NCBI GenBank assembly: GCA_040902485.1
Contig: JBBDXF010000017.1
Coordinates: 75,216-139,215 of the forward strand
DNA from: Myxococcota bacterium
Lineage (GTDB): Bacteria; Myxococcota_A; UBA9160; SZUA-336
Direction of reading: 5' to 3'
DNA: 64,000 nt
Each line of letters starts with the position of its first letter. Positions within the stretch are counted from its first letter, which is position 1. Positions 28,301-36,715 of the stretch are shown piece after piece. The notes under the pieces were generated by a model, which worked only from the letters and a program-made list of their open reading frames with translations, ran no database searches and had not been told where the DNA came from. Both the position numbers and the translations under genes were made by a program.

Positions 28301-31300
28301 CGCCGATGCGTGCGCCGCATCCGCCATGGCCCATTCCAGCGCGGCGAACGTGGTGTATCGCTCTGCGGTGTCGAGCACCGATTCGCGCGAGCCGCCCACG
28401 AAGGTGAGGAACGCCAGCTCGCAGCGCTCGTAGGGTTCGAGCGCGACGGACACTTGCAGCGACATGATGGGGTCGAGCGTATGGCCGCTGGATCCGGAGA
28501 GGCCTTCGAGCACGCCACGAGGGCGCCGGATGTCTCCGGCGCGGCCGAGGAAGGCCTCGCGATCGGCCTCGAAGGCGGTGCAGCGAGCTCCTTCGTCCGC
28601 GGTCACGACGCGGTGGAGCACGACGGCCGGCTGCTCGAGCGGTCGGCGGGGACGGCGGCTCAGCAGCAGTCCGTCGAGCCGCGGAATCCACTCGGCGCCC
28701 ACGAACAGCTTGCTGAACGCCGGATGACGCTCGTCTTCGAGCGGCTGCGCGAGCACCACCTCGGCGTAGCTGGTGAGCGTGAGCTGGCGGCTTCGCTCAC
28801 TCTCGTTGGTGAGGCTGAGCCGTCGGATCTCGAGGTCGTCTCCCGCCGCCACCGCGACCTCCATGAGGATCGCGATGCCCTCGTCGCGGCGCTGGAACTC
28901 GGCCTTGTACGTGTGGAAGAGGGTTCCCTTCTCGTCGGACTGGCGGCCGCTCGGCTGGCGCCCGACCGACCACAGGTGACCGTCCTCGACGTCGTGCACG
29001 TAGATCCAGAGTCCGCAGTCGTCGCGCGTCGCGTCGGGCCGCCAGCGAGTCAACGCCTGATCGTGCCAGCGCAGCGTGCCGGCGCCCGCGGAGGAGATCC
29101 ACGAGGAGAGCCGACCGTTGCCGAGCACGTGGATGCGCGGCGCTCCCGGGACGCCGGCGGGCGCCCACGGCCCGGGCACTGGCCACGCCGGGGCGGACGG
29201 CTTTGCGGCCGGCTCGCGCTCCTCGCGTGCGAACCCGGGCGGCAGCTCGTGCGGGATGCGCTCGTGCAGCAGCAGCTCGGTCGAGCGCATGCGCAGATCC
29301 GTGTGGAAGCGACGCACCAACACATCCTCGTGTAGAACGTTGTTGATGGCCGCGAGAATCATGCCCTGGTGGTGCGCCATGTAGGAACGGACCGGCGTGC
29401 AGCGCTGTCCCGGAGCCTGGCGCTCGGTCGAGAAATCCGCAGCTTCGAAGAGACCGAAGGCACCGCCCAACGAGAGGGCTTCGAGCGCGCGCAGGTTCTC
29501 CACCGCGGCGCGCGGTCGGATGGGCAGCGCGAGCGCCGACGCATAGGGCGTCACGACCCGGTCCCGCGCCAGACCGCGCCGCAGCCCGAGACCGGAGACG
29601 CCGAAGCTCTGATAGCGATAGCTCCCGCTCGCGTCGACGGCGGCGAACCCCGACTCGGACACGCCCCATGGAATGCCGAGCTGCCGTGCCCTGCGTCGCT
29701 GTGTGTCCACCGCGGCGCGCTCGCTCTGGGCGAGCAGCGTTCCGGGATGACTGCGCAAGAGCAGCGGCGGCATCATGTACTCGAACATCGAGCCGCCCCA
29801 CGAGACGAGCGTGAGGCCGCCGCTGGCGCGTGTGATGGGTCGCCCAAGGTGAAACCAGTGTTCGAGGGGAGCGTCGCCCTTCGCGATCGCGAAGAAGCTG
29901 GCGAGGCGCGCCTCGCTCGCGAGCAGATCGTAGTGGTTGGCGTCGTGACGATCGGCGCTGACGTTGTAGCCGATGCGGAAGCGCCGCGTGTCCGCATCGT
30001 AGAGCAGGCGGAAATCCATCTCCCAGGCGAAGGTCTCGGCGCGCGAGGCCATCTCGTGCAACGACTCGCGCAGCTCGAGGCTGGCGGCGGCGCCCTTCTC
30101 GAGCGCAGCACGAAGCGCCTCGTCCCAGCCAAGAGCAGCGGCGTCCTCGGGAGGCGCAGGCGCGCTCGAGGCCAGGAGCTCTGAGGCGCGAGCGCACCGC
30201 GCCGGAACGTCTGCGAGGCTCGAGTCGGGCAGCAGGAGCGGACGCAGCGCTCCCGCGAGCTCCTCGCGAGCGCAGGGTGGCGACTCGAGCAACGTCAGCC
30301 ACGGCGTGAGTTGCTCGATGTCTCTTTGCATCGCGCGGAGCTGGTGGTGGGTACGCTCGAGCCAGGTGCGAAGCTCGCGCCATGACTCCGCGGAGACCTC
30401 TTTGACGTCGAGTGCCTGCGTGAGCGCGCGGTCGAGCGCCTCGCAGTCCTCCTGACAGAGCTTCGTCAAGATGGAGCCGGCGCGAGCCGCGTCTCGGCGT
30501 GCGATCGAGGCCTGCTCGGCGATGCGGCGCACGCGGTCGCCGAGCTCGCCGTTCGCCGCACCCGGGGCGCGCGGGAGCGAGTCACCGAGCAGCGCGAGCA
30601 CGTCCTCCAGCCCGTCCCAGAGCCGGGGGGGGAGCGCCGGCCCCGCCGCGAGTTCGCGGCAGCCCTCCTCGAGTGCGATCAGGCTCACCGCCAGGTTGCC
30701 ACTGTCGACGGTCGAGACGTAGCGCGGCTCGAGCGGTGCGAGTGAGCGTGTGTCGTACCAGTTGAACAGATGCCCCCGATGCCGTGGCAGGCGCGCGAGC
30801 GTGTCGAAGCCATAGCGAAGCCGGACGACGAGCTCGGGCAGGCCGAGATAGCCGAGGTCCACGGCGGAGAGCGTCGAGAGCAGCGCCATGCCGACGTTGG
30901 TCGGCGAGGTGCGATGCGCCACGGTGCGGCGCGGATGCTCCTGGAGATTGTCGGGCGGCAGCCAGTGGTCCTCGGGCCCGACGAGCATCTCGAAGTACAG
31001 CCACGTGCGTCGCGCCAGATTGCGCAGGAAGAGGCGTTCCTCCTCTCTGAGCACCTCCACCGTCCCCCGCCGCTCGCGCCCGATGAAGAGCGCGATCTCG
31101 GGCGAGAGCAGCCATAGCGCGACGACCGGGACGGCCGAGTAGAGCGCCTCGGGCCGGATCAACGCGATCGCGATCCCCAGAGCCGACGCAGTCACCGGAG
31201 CAGCAGCCAGATGCTGCCAGACCTGAGCGCGAGAGCTGCGTGTCTCGAGCTGGCTGCCCTCCTCCGCGGCGGGAGTCCACTGCAGCAGATGGCGTCGACT

Positions 31301-33760
31301 CACGTTCAGCCGCCAGAGCGTCCGGCCGATCGCATCCAGCGATACCGCGGCGTCCTGGGCGAGGAACACCACCGCGAGCAACCAACGGCCGGCCTGGTCT
31401 GCGCCGGAACGGAGCGTGCCGCGCACGGCCCCGCGACGGCGCCCGCGCGCGAGACCCGTCACGAGGTCCATCCCTATATAGGCGGCGGGTGCGGCCAGCC
31501 CGAGGGCGGTCCACGCCCAGGGATTGCCCGGCAGACCGAGCCAACCGGCCGCGAGCAGTGCGACCAGCGCCGGCGGCAGCAGGCTTCGGCGCAGGTTGTC
31601 CAGGATCTTCCAGCGGCTGAGAAGGGAGAGTCGGGTCGGGAGCCGGGTGCCGCCCGAGCCGGGCACGCTTTTGCCCAGCCACGGCAGGAGCTGCCAGTCG
31701 CCGCGCACCCAGCGGTGCCAACGGCGCGTGAACGACTCATAGCGGCTCGGAAACGACTCGTAGAGCACGATGTCGCTCGCCAGTGCGGCTCGGCCGTGCA
31801 CGCCCTCGAAGAGATCGTGACTCGCGAGCGCGTCGTCGGGAACACGGCCGGCCAGGCTCCGCCGGAAGGTCGCAACGTCGTAGATGCCCTTGCCGACGAA
31901 GATCCCGGAGCCGAACAGATCCTGATAGACGTCGGAGACCGCGCGCGTGTAGAGGTCGATGGCGGTGTCACCGGAGTAGAGCCGAGCGAACCAGGAGCGA
32001 TTGCCCACCTCGGGAGCGATCTCGATGCGCGGCTGGATCACGGTGTAGCCGCGGCGCACGGCGCCAGTGAGTGCGTCGAAGCGCGCGTGGTTCAGCGGGT
32101 GCGCGAAGGTCCCGACCAGTCGCTGCGCGGTGCCGATGGGGAGCCGCGTATCCGCGTCCAGTGTGATCACGAACTGGATCCCGGCCAGACGCGATGCATC
32201 GCCCTCGTGCACGCTGAAGGCGTCGCTGGGCTCGCCCGCGAGCAGATGGCTCAGCTCCTCGAGCTTGCCGCGCTTGCGCTCCCGGCCCATCCAGTAGCCT
32301 TCGCTCGGGTTGAACAGGCGCGGCCGGTGGAGCAGGTGGAAGGGCCCGACGCCGTCCCGGCCGTAGCGGGCATTGAGCGCGGCGATTCCGGCGCGGAGCG
32401 CCGCGATGACTGCCTCATCTCCCGGCATCTGCTCGGCCGGGGCGTCTACGCCGTCGGTCAGCAGCACGAGTTCGAGTGCCGGGTCGCTGTTCGTGAGATG
32501 GTGCGCCTCGAGCTGATCGACGAGCTCGCGCGAGTCCCGCTCGCTCGACACCAGAGCAGGCACTGCCACGACGCTGCGGCAGTCGTCCGGGATCCCCTTC
32601 GAGAAGTCGAGCTTCGGCAACGTGCTCGGAGACACGAGCCGGGTGATGACATGGTGCACCAGCGCGAAGCTCACCACCGACGCCGGCAACATCGACACCA
32701 GGATTCCGATGACCATCGCGATCGGGCCGGCGCCCGCCCACCAGAGGACGAACCAGGGCGCGCCGATCGCCGCCGCCGTAGCGAACGAGACGGCCAGCCC
32801 GTAGACCAGCCCCGCGTGGCGGCGCAGCCGCCGCCGGGCGCGCGTCCCAAACCGCGGCCGGCCGCCCAGCGACCGGGCGAAGGCCTCCCGCCCCTCGTCG
32901 ATCAGCCAATGGCCCACGTGATCGAGGTCGTCTCCGTGCGCTGCCATGCGCCGCGCGTGTTCGACGACTTTCTCCGCGGCGTGCACCTCCGCGCAGCCGG
33001 CGTCGCTGGCGAAGGCCTCGATCGCGCGGCGGTAGCGGTCGCAGGTCTCGAAGTCCATGCGCGCATACACGCCGGCGGGATCACCGCAGAGGATCGCCTC
33101 GACGTGACTCGCGCGCGTGAAGAAGTCCTTCCAGGAGATCGCATCGATCACGCCCAGGTTGGCCAGCGCGCGCGCCACCGAGTCGGTGTCGTCGAGGCCC
33201 GCGGACGCGAGGGCGGGCAGCGTCGTCGGCGCCGGCGCGCGGAGCTGCGGCGCGAGTCGTGACAGAGCGGTGACCAGCAGCTCGAGACATGCGGTGCGCA
33301 GCAGCGTCGGGAAGGCCCAGAGCTCCGCGATGGTGAGCGCGCCCGCGACCTCCTGGTATGCGCGGACGAAGCGCGTCGCATTCTCGAGCGAGAGCTGGAG
33401 CCGCGACGCGTGCAGCAGCTCGTGTGCGACCGACAAGACGCGCGGCAACCCGTTCTCTTCGCCGCCTTCGAGACTCGGCAAGCGCGCGTAGAAGCCGTCG
33501 GGCAGGTCCTCCCGGATCTGCGCGACCGCGCGCTCGACGAGATAGTCGTTGTCGAGCAGCCAGTCGGAGGCCTTGGCGAGCTCCGCTTCCGGCTCGGAGA
33601 GCCGCACCCGCGCCCGGGCCAACCAATCCGGCAGCGCGTCCAGGCTCGCCAGCAACGGCACGCGGCGCGGGCGGTCCAGGCTCAGCTGGTGCCGCCGAGC
33701 GAGATCGGCCGCGGCGGCCTCCAGCGGAGACGCCGCGCCGTCGGGTGCTTCCGCGCTCAT
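25310..33760 (-). CDS. ndvB: cyclic beta-1,2-glucan synthase (NdvB/ChvB/Cgs family; GT84 glycosyltransferase plus GH94 phosphorylase-like domains), ~2817 aa
   Basis: ORF 25310..33901 (-), with likely start at MSAEAPDG. Size and architecture match Cgs/ChvB. The N-terminal region has a multi-TM GT domain (DADT...QxxRW-like RWHRWVRGDWQLLPW). The C-terminal region is GH94-like with GAGDWNDG. Confidence 0.85.
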   Translation of the reverse strand: MSAEAPDGAASPLEAAAADLARRHQLSLDRPRRVPLLASLDALPDWLARARVRLSEPEAELAKASDWLLDNDYLVERAVAQIREDLPDGFYARLPSLEGGEENGLPRVLSVAHELLHASRLQLSLENATRFVRAYQEVAGALTIAELWAFPTLLRTACLELLVTALSRLAPQLRAPAPTTLPALASAGLDDTDSVARALANLGVIDAISWKDFFTRASHVEAILCGDPAGVYARMDFETCDRYRRAIEAFASDAGCAEVHAAEKVVEHARRMAAHGDDLDHVGHWLIDEGREAFARSLGGRPRFGTRARRRLRRHAGLVYGLAVSFATAAAIGAPWFVLWWAGAGPIAMVIGILVSMLPASVVSFALVHHVITRLVSPSTLPKLDFSKGIPDDCRSVVAVPALVSSERDSRELVDQLEAHHLTNSDPALELVLLTDGVDAPAEQMPGDEAVIAALRAGIAALNARYGRDGVGPFHLLHRPRLFNPSEGYWMGRERKRGKLEELSHLLAGEPSDAFSVHEGDASRLAGIQFVITLDADTRLPIGTAQRLVGTFAHPLNHARFDALTGAVRRGYTVIQPRIEIAPEVGNRSWFARLYSGDTAIDLYTRAVSDVYQDLFGSGIFVGKGIYDVATFRRSLAGRVPDDALASHDLFEGVHGRAALASDIVLYESFPSRYESFTRRWHRWVRGDWQLLPWLGKSVPGSGGTRLPTRLSLLSRWKILDNLRRSLLPPALVALLAAGWLGLPGNPWAWTALGLAAPAAYIGMDLVTGLARGRRRGAVRGTLRSGADQAGRWLLAVVFLAQDAAVSLDAIGRTLWRLNVSRRHLLQWTPAAEEGSQLETRSSRAQVWQHLAAAPVTASALGIAIALIRPEALYSAVPVVALWLLSPEIALFIGRERRGTVEVLREEERLFLRNLARRTWLYFEMLVGPEDHWLPPDNLQEHPRRTVAHRTSPTNVGMALLSTLSAVDLGYLGLPELVVRLRYGFDTLARLPRHRGHLFNWYDTRSLAPLEPRYVSTVDSGNLAVSLIALEEGCRELAAGPALPPRLWDGLEDVLALLGDSLPRAPGAANGELGDRVRRIAEQASIARRDAARAGSILTKLCQEDCEALDRALTQALDVKEVSAESWRELRTWLERTHHQLRAMQRDIEQLTPWLTLLESPPCAREELAGALRPLLLPDSSLADVPARCARASELLASSAPAPPEDAAALGWDEALRAALEKGAAASLELRESLHEMASRAETFAWEMDFRLLYDADTRRFRIGYNVSADRHDANHYDLLASEARLASFFAIAKGDAPLEHWFHLGRPITRASGGLTLVSWGGSMFEYMMPPLLLRSHPGTLLAQSERAAVDTQRRRARQLGIPWGVSESGFAAVDASGSYRYQSFGVSGLGLRRGLARDRVVTPYASALALPIRPRAAVENLRALEALSLGGAFGLFEAADFSTERQAPGQRCTPVRSYMAHHQGMILAAINNVLHEDVLVRRFHTDLRMRSTELLLHERIPHELPPGFAREEREPAAKPSAPAWPVPGPWAPAGVPGAPRIHVLGNGRLSSWISSAGAGTLRWHDQALTRWRPDATRDDCGLWIYVHDVEDGHLWSVGRQPSGRQSDEKGTLFHTYKAEFQRRDEGIAILMEVAVAAGDDLEIRRLSLTNESERSRQLTLTSYAEVVLAQPLEDERHPAFSKLFVGAEWIPRLDGLLLSRRPRRPLEQPAVVLHRVVTADEGARCTAFEADREAFLGRAGDIRRPRGVLEGLSGSSGHTLDPIMSLQVSVALEPYERCELAFLTFVGGSRESVLDTAERYTTFAALEWAMADAAHASAHEAQRLGLEPARLSELQALGSLLIAPVSVLGAAPAVRAANRLGQPRLWGLGISGDHPILLLRSRDPTRTELLELLVLAHAAWRRRGLVVDLVVIRTGLSGYVEELRERLVVMLASTEGAASLGQHGGIHVVFADQVQPEELRLLECVARVVLDDSRSLGEQLAAAPTPPADPPPFQPPGPPGASEATTALARPADLVFDNGLGGFTPDGREYVIHLEPGAATPAPWANVLANDAFGCVVTEAGGGFSWCENSGENRLTPWTNDPVMDPPSETLYLRDEQGGEVWTVTPEPAGEGSACQVRHGAGYSSWRRNQYGLAQELLVFVPPSAPLKVVRLRLENLSPRPRRITATYFAEWLLGALPSVSHPHVVCSWEPEGPALFARNPWSPDFAERVAFLAATHAPHGVTADRREFLGPEGDPARPAALRRWGLSGRVRAGADACAVYQVHLDLPASGTVEVAFVLGQGRNKAHALELVKEWRDLCRIERARAELEHRWDRLLGALRVRTPDRALDLLTNRWLLYQTMSSRVLARAGFYQAGGAFGYRDQLQDVLALLHAEPTRARAHLLACAAHQFEEGDVMHWWHPPADRGVRTRCSDDLLWLPWVVSRYVEATGDLAVLDERVPFLHAPELSPQEHDRFARFETRAERATLFEHCERALERGVTSGRHGLPRIGAGDWNDGFDRVGARGAGESVWLGWFASSAMRGFAKLCERRGEAPLARRWLDRAGALEDALEHCAWDGEWWIRAFDDDGRPWGSRSCDECRVDSIAQSWSVLSGTRADARARQSLASAWRELVREDDSVVRLLWPPFDATPRDPGYIKAYPPGIRENGGQYTHAAAWLAWAFAQVGDGDAAHRIFELIHPIRHASTQEGVARYRVEPYVIAGDIGSVAPHLGRGGWTWYTGSAAWTWRLVVEAILGLQLREGRLALHPCLPRAWDGFEAELRGPDGQLSIRVRVDESLPRRARDLYIDGKRAQDVEIALPSDGATHAVELRLGRQ

Positions 33761-34767
33761 GAAATGGCGTGTCGCGGCAGCCGCGCCGGCGGCGACTCGG
33801 ATCGCCCGGCAATGCGTTGCGTCGCGCGTGCGGAGCGGGAGCGCACGACCAGGACGGGCACGCGGGAGCGCGCGATCAGCTCGGCGGTGATACCGCCGCA
33901 TGGCATATGAAGGTGGCCACTCCGGCCGTGCGCCGCGACCGCCACCAGGTCCACGCGCTCCCGATCCGCGACTCCGGCGAGCAGGCCGGCGACGTCGCCC
34001 CCCTGGAGCAGGGTCACGCGCAAGCGGGAGTGGGCGTCCGCGAGCTGGGCGCGCAGGCGATCGAGGTATGCGCGCGCGACGCGCTCGTTGCGGCGCCGCA
34101 GCCGATCGCTCAGCTCGATGGCCTCCGCTTCGAGCGGGCCGATCTGTGTGAGCTCAGGGACCGGCACGACGTGTGCGACGATCAGCTCGCCCTCGTCAGC
34201 CGCCGCGATCTGCGCCGCGATCGGCAGCGCGATCTCCGCCTGCGGCGACCCGTCCAGAGGCACGAGCACGCGCTCGTAGCGCACCGGGCGCGCCACCGGC
34301 GGCCCCGCCGCGGGCACGATCAAGAACGATCCCGGCGCGCGTTCGAGCAGCTTTCGCGCAGTGCTCGCCAGCACCCAGGGCGATCGCCCACCGGCTCCGT
34401 GGGTGGTGACGACGGTGACGCCTACCTGATGGCCCGCGCTCCAGCGACAGATCTCCTCCGCCGGCTTGCCCTCGATCAACTCCGCGTCGACGATCGTCTT
34501 CCCGTCGTCGAACTGCGCGATGAGGCGGTCCATGTACTCGCGCGCTTCCCTCCGGTGGATTTCCCACTGCAAGGGATCCGCAGGAGTGTGGTGTTCGTTC
34601 GTGGCGTGATCGAGCACCTGGAGCAGCGTGACCGGGGCACCGAGCGCGCGAGCGATGGCCAACGCGTGCGGCAGTGCTCGCTCGCCGAGGCTGGAGCCGT
34701 CGAGGCAGGCCAGAACCCGCATCGGCGGGCTCTTGAATTCGGAGCGGTCGATGCAGCTCGTCGCCAT
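33757..34767 (-). CDS. tandem universal stress protein (2x UspA domains)
   Basis: The start MATSCIDRS... is preceded by a gaggagg RBS. Two Usp units are present (RVLACLDGSSLGERALPHALAIARALGAPVTLLQV...; ERVLVPLDGSPQAEIALPIAAQIA...VAAHGRSG). The stop overlaps the ndvB start in an ATGA arrangement. Confidence 0.8.
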   Translation of the reverse strand: MATSCIDRSEFKSPPMRVLACLDGSSLGERALPHALAIARALGAPVTLLQVLDHATNEHHTPADPLQWEIHRREAREYMDRLIAQFDDGKTIVDAELIEGKPAEEICRWSAGHQVGVTVVTTHGAGGRSPWVLASTARKLLERAPGSFLIVPAAGPPVARPVRYERVLVPLDGSPQAEIALPIAAQIAAADEGELIVAHVVPVPELTQIGPLEAEAIELSDRLRRRNERVARAYLDRLRAQLADAHSRLRVTLLQGGDVAGLLAGVADRERVDLVAVAAHGRSGHLHMPCGGITAELIARSRVPVLVVRSRSARATQRIAGRSESPPARLPRHAIS

Positions 34768-34819
34768 GCCACGCCTCCTCGTAACTGAGCGCCTCCGCAG
34801 AACTTGAGGCATCGATGCA

Positions 34820-35600
34820 ATGGCCGTGCCCCTTTCAGCGCGCACGGAGTACCGCGCTAGTTTGCGGCGCCGCGGCCGACGTGCCAATGGGTCTCGTTCT
34901 GTGGCGCTTCGCCCGATGCAGTGCGCGCCCGCGCTCGGTCTTCGTGTAGACCACCCCATCTGCGTGTTCGGCAGCAACGGGTCGGCGCGGCGCTGCGTCG
35001 CGGGCGTGGCCGGACGCCGGGCCGACGTGATCGCGGCGCAGAGTCGCGCGCTGAAGAAGTGCGCCGCGGACATCAACAAGGGCCGCGAAGTCGCACCCCG
35101 TGCAGGACGTCCGCGCCAAGCTCGCCGCTCGCTTCGACTCGCCGACCTGCACCGCCCCACCGCCGCCACCCTTGCTCGCGCTCCCCGATCCCGGCATCGC
35201 GGTCGACGGTGCGCACTCGGCGTCGCTCGAGGCGGTGACCGAGATCTTCAGCGGAAATGCCAGGTCCTCGTTCGGCCCGGCGAACGCGTCGTCGAAGCGC
35301 TGCGTGGATTCCTGGGAAGACCGATCTCCGAGCGGCTCCAGGTTGGCGCAGCCTGGCGAGGCTGGAGACGGAGTTGCGCTCCTTTCGAAGTCGCGGCGGG
35401 CCGATCACGTTCCTGGGTGGCAACCTGTACGCCCTCTCATCCATCGATCCTCTACTCGGCCCACTCGCGAAAAACGGCGGCCCGACAGAACGGTTTCACG
35501 CAGAGTGACCTGCCCCTCTCCCGAGCCTGGCGACAACGGACGCACGCAGGTGACGTCGACCCCTTTAGGAGGACAGTACGAGGGCACAGATGAGTTTCTA
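34820..35600 (+). pseudogene. decayed coding remnant(s): protein-like segments spread over three + frames
   Basis: Frame a gives ...ICVFGSNGSARRCVAGVAGRRADVIAAQSRALKKCAADINKGREV. Frame b gives VQDVRAKLAARFDSPTCTAPPPPPLLALPDPGIAVDGAHSASLEAVTEIFSGNA. Frame c gives ETELRSFRSRGGPITFLGGNLYALSSIDPLLGPLAKNGGPTERFHAE. No single intact frame exists. Confidence 0.25.
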
Positions 35601-36019
35601 AGCCGCGAGAGCCCGCTGCTCTCGCATCTCCGCGGGACGGAGAGCGAGCCTCGATCGGTGTTGGTGCAGAGTCCTCGACTTGCGCCAGCATTCGAAACCA
35701 AGCCAGAACGCCGCGAAGAGAACACCGCGATCGCGACCTCACCGACGGTGTGCACCGACGCTGCCGGACGGACGATCTCCATCACTTGACGCCACCGGGT
35801 CTGATAGGTGTTGGACGGCGCGTCGGAGTCCACTGCGCGCCGATCCGCATGAACTCGAGGTCGAAGGCGCCTTGGCGTCGCTGTGCCGCAAAACAAGGAT
35901 ATGCGCGCCACCAGACTCTGCGGGTCTGCTTCCCGATTTCTGGTCAGGGTCGACTCTCGTTTTGACGTAGTCTGAGTTCCGGCCAAAGGCCGTTTGGAAG
36001 CGGTTGGAGGACGGAACCG

Positions 36020-36286
36020 ATGCGAAAGAGTCGGTTCAGCGAAGAGCAGATCGCGATGGCGCTGCGACAGGCCGAGGGCGGCACGACGGTCGACGAGATC
36101 TGCCGCAAACTCGGTGTCAGCCAAGGCACGTTCTTCCGTTGGAAGAAGCACTTCGGGAGCCTCGGCGTTCCGGAGCTCCGCGAGCTGCGGCAGCTGCGCG
36201 AAGAGAACAAGAAGCTGAATCAGCTGGTCGCGGACTTGTCGCTCGACAAGACGATCCTACAAGAGGCCATGAAGCGAAAATGGTGA
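36020..36286 (+). CDS. IS3-family transposase OrfA (HTH)
   Basis: 88-aa ORF in the track (36020..36286), as described for the IS3 element. Confidence 0.8.
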   Translation: MRKSRFSEEQIAMALRQAEGGTTVDEICRKLGVSQGTFFRWKKHFGSLGVPELRELRQLREENKKLNQLVADLSLDKTILQEAMKRKW

Positions 36287-36600
36287 AGCCCGCACAGCGC
36301 CGTGCGCTCGCAGTGTGGGCGAAGGAATCGTATGCGCTGTCGGAGGTCCGCGCGTGCCGAGCCGTCGGCGTGCAGCGCTCGAGCGTTCGGTACAAGCGCC
36401 GTCGCGCGCACCAGGACGTGCTGAGACGACAGATCCGAGAGCTTGCGAGCGTACGCGTTCGAGCAGGCTACCGACAGCTCCACGTGCTGCTTCGGCGCGA
36501 AGGTTGGCCGGTGAACCGCAAGCGGGTCTACCGGCTGTACACCGAGGAGAACCTGACGCTGCGGCAGCGCCGGCCGAAGCGACACGCTGCGGGCGGTGAC
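36283..36600 (+). pseudogene. IS3-family transposase OrfB, N-terminal fragment only
   Basis: Homology to IS3 OrfB ends after ...LTLRQRRPKRHAAG. No DDE integrase core is present. Confidence 0.6.
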
Positions 36601-36715
36601 TTTGGATCGGGCCACGATGAGTCCTTTCAAGGCGACGCCAGAAATCAGGGCGTCCGAGGAGATGCGACAAGCGGGAAGTGGCGAGCAGGGTGACGCGCGA
36701 GTCGGCGCGGTACAG

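Larger units (their letters stand above)
35965..36600 (+). mobile_element. IS3-family insertion sequence, 3'-truncated (intact orfA, N-terminal orfB fragment, candidate left IR starting TGACGTAGTCTGAG)
   Basis: OrfA MRKSRFSEEQIAMALRQAEGGTTVDEICRKLGVSQGTFFRWKK...LSLDKTILQEAMKRKW is a classic IS3/IS407-type transposase OrfA. The overlapping -1 frame encodes the OrfB N-terminus (ESYALSEVRACRAVGVQRSSVRYKRRR...YRQLHVLLRREGWPVNRKRVYRLYTEENLTLRQRRPKR) and then loses similarity. No DDE core is present. Confidence 0.7.

Noticed and set aside
25313-33491. ORFs nested in or antisense to the cyclic glucan synthase gene (25313..27346 +, 27398..29335 +, 28797..30383 -, 30582..31721 -, 31211..33262 +)
   Set aside because: Low-complexity Arg-rich translations. 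The 2.8-kaa minus-strand frame has coherent GT and GH94 motifs throughout.
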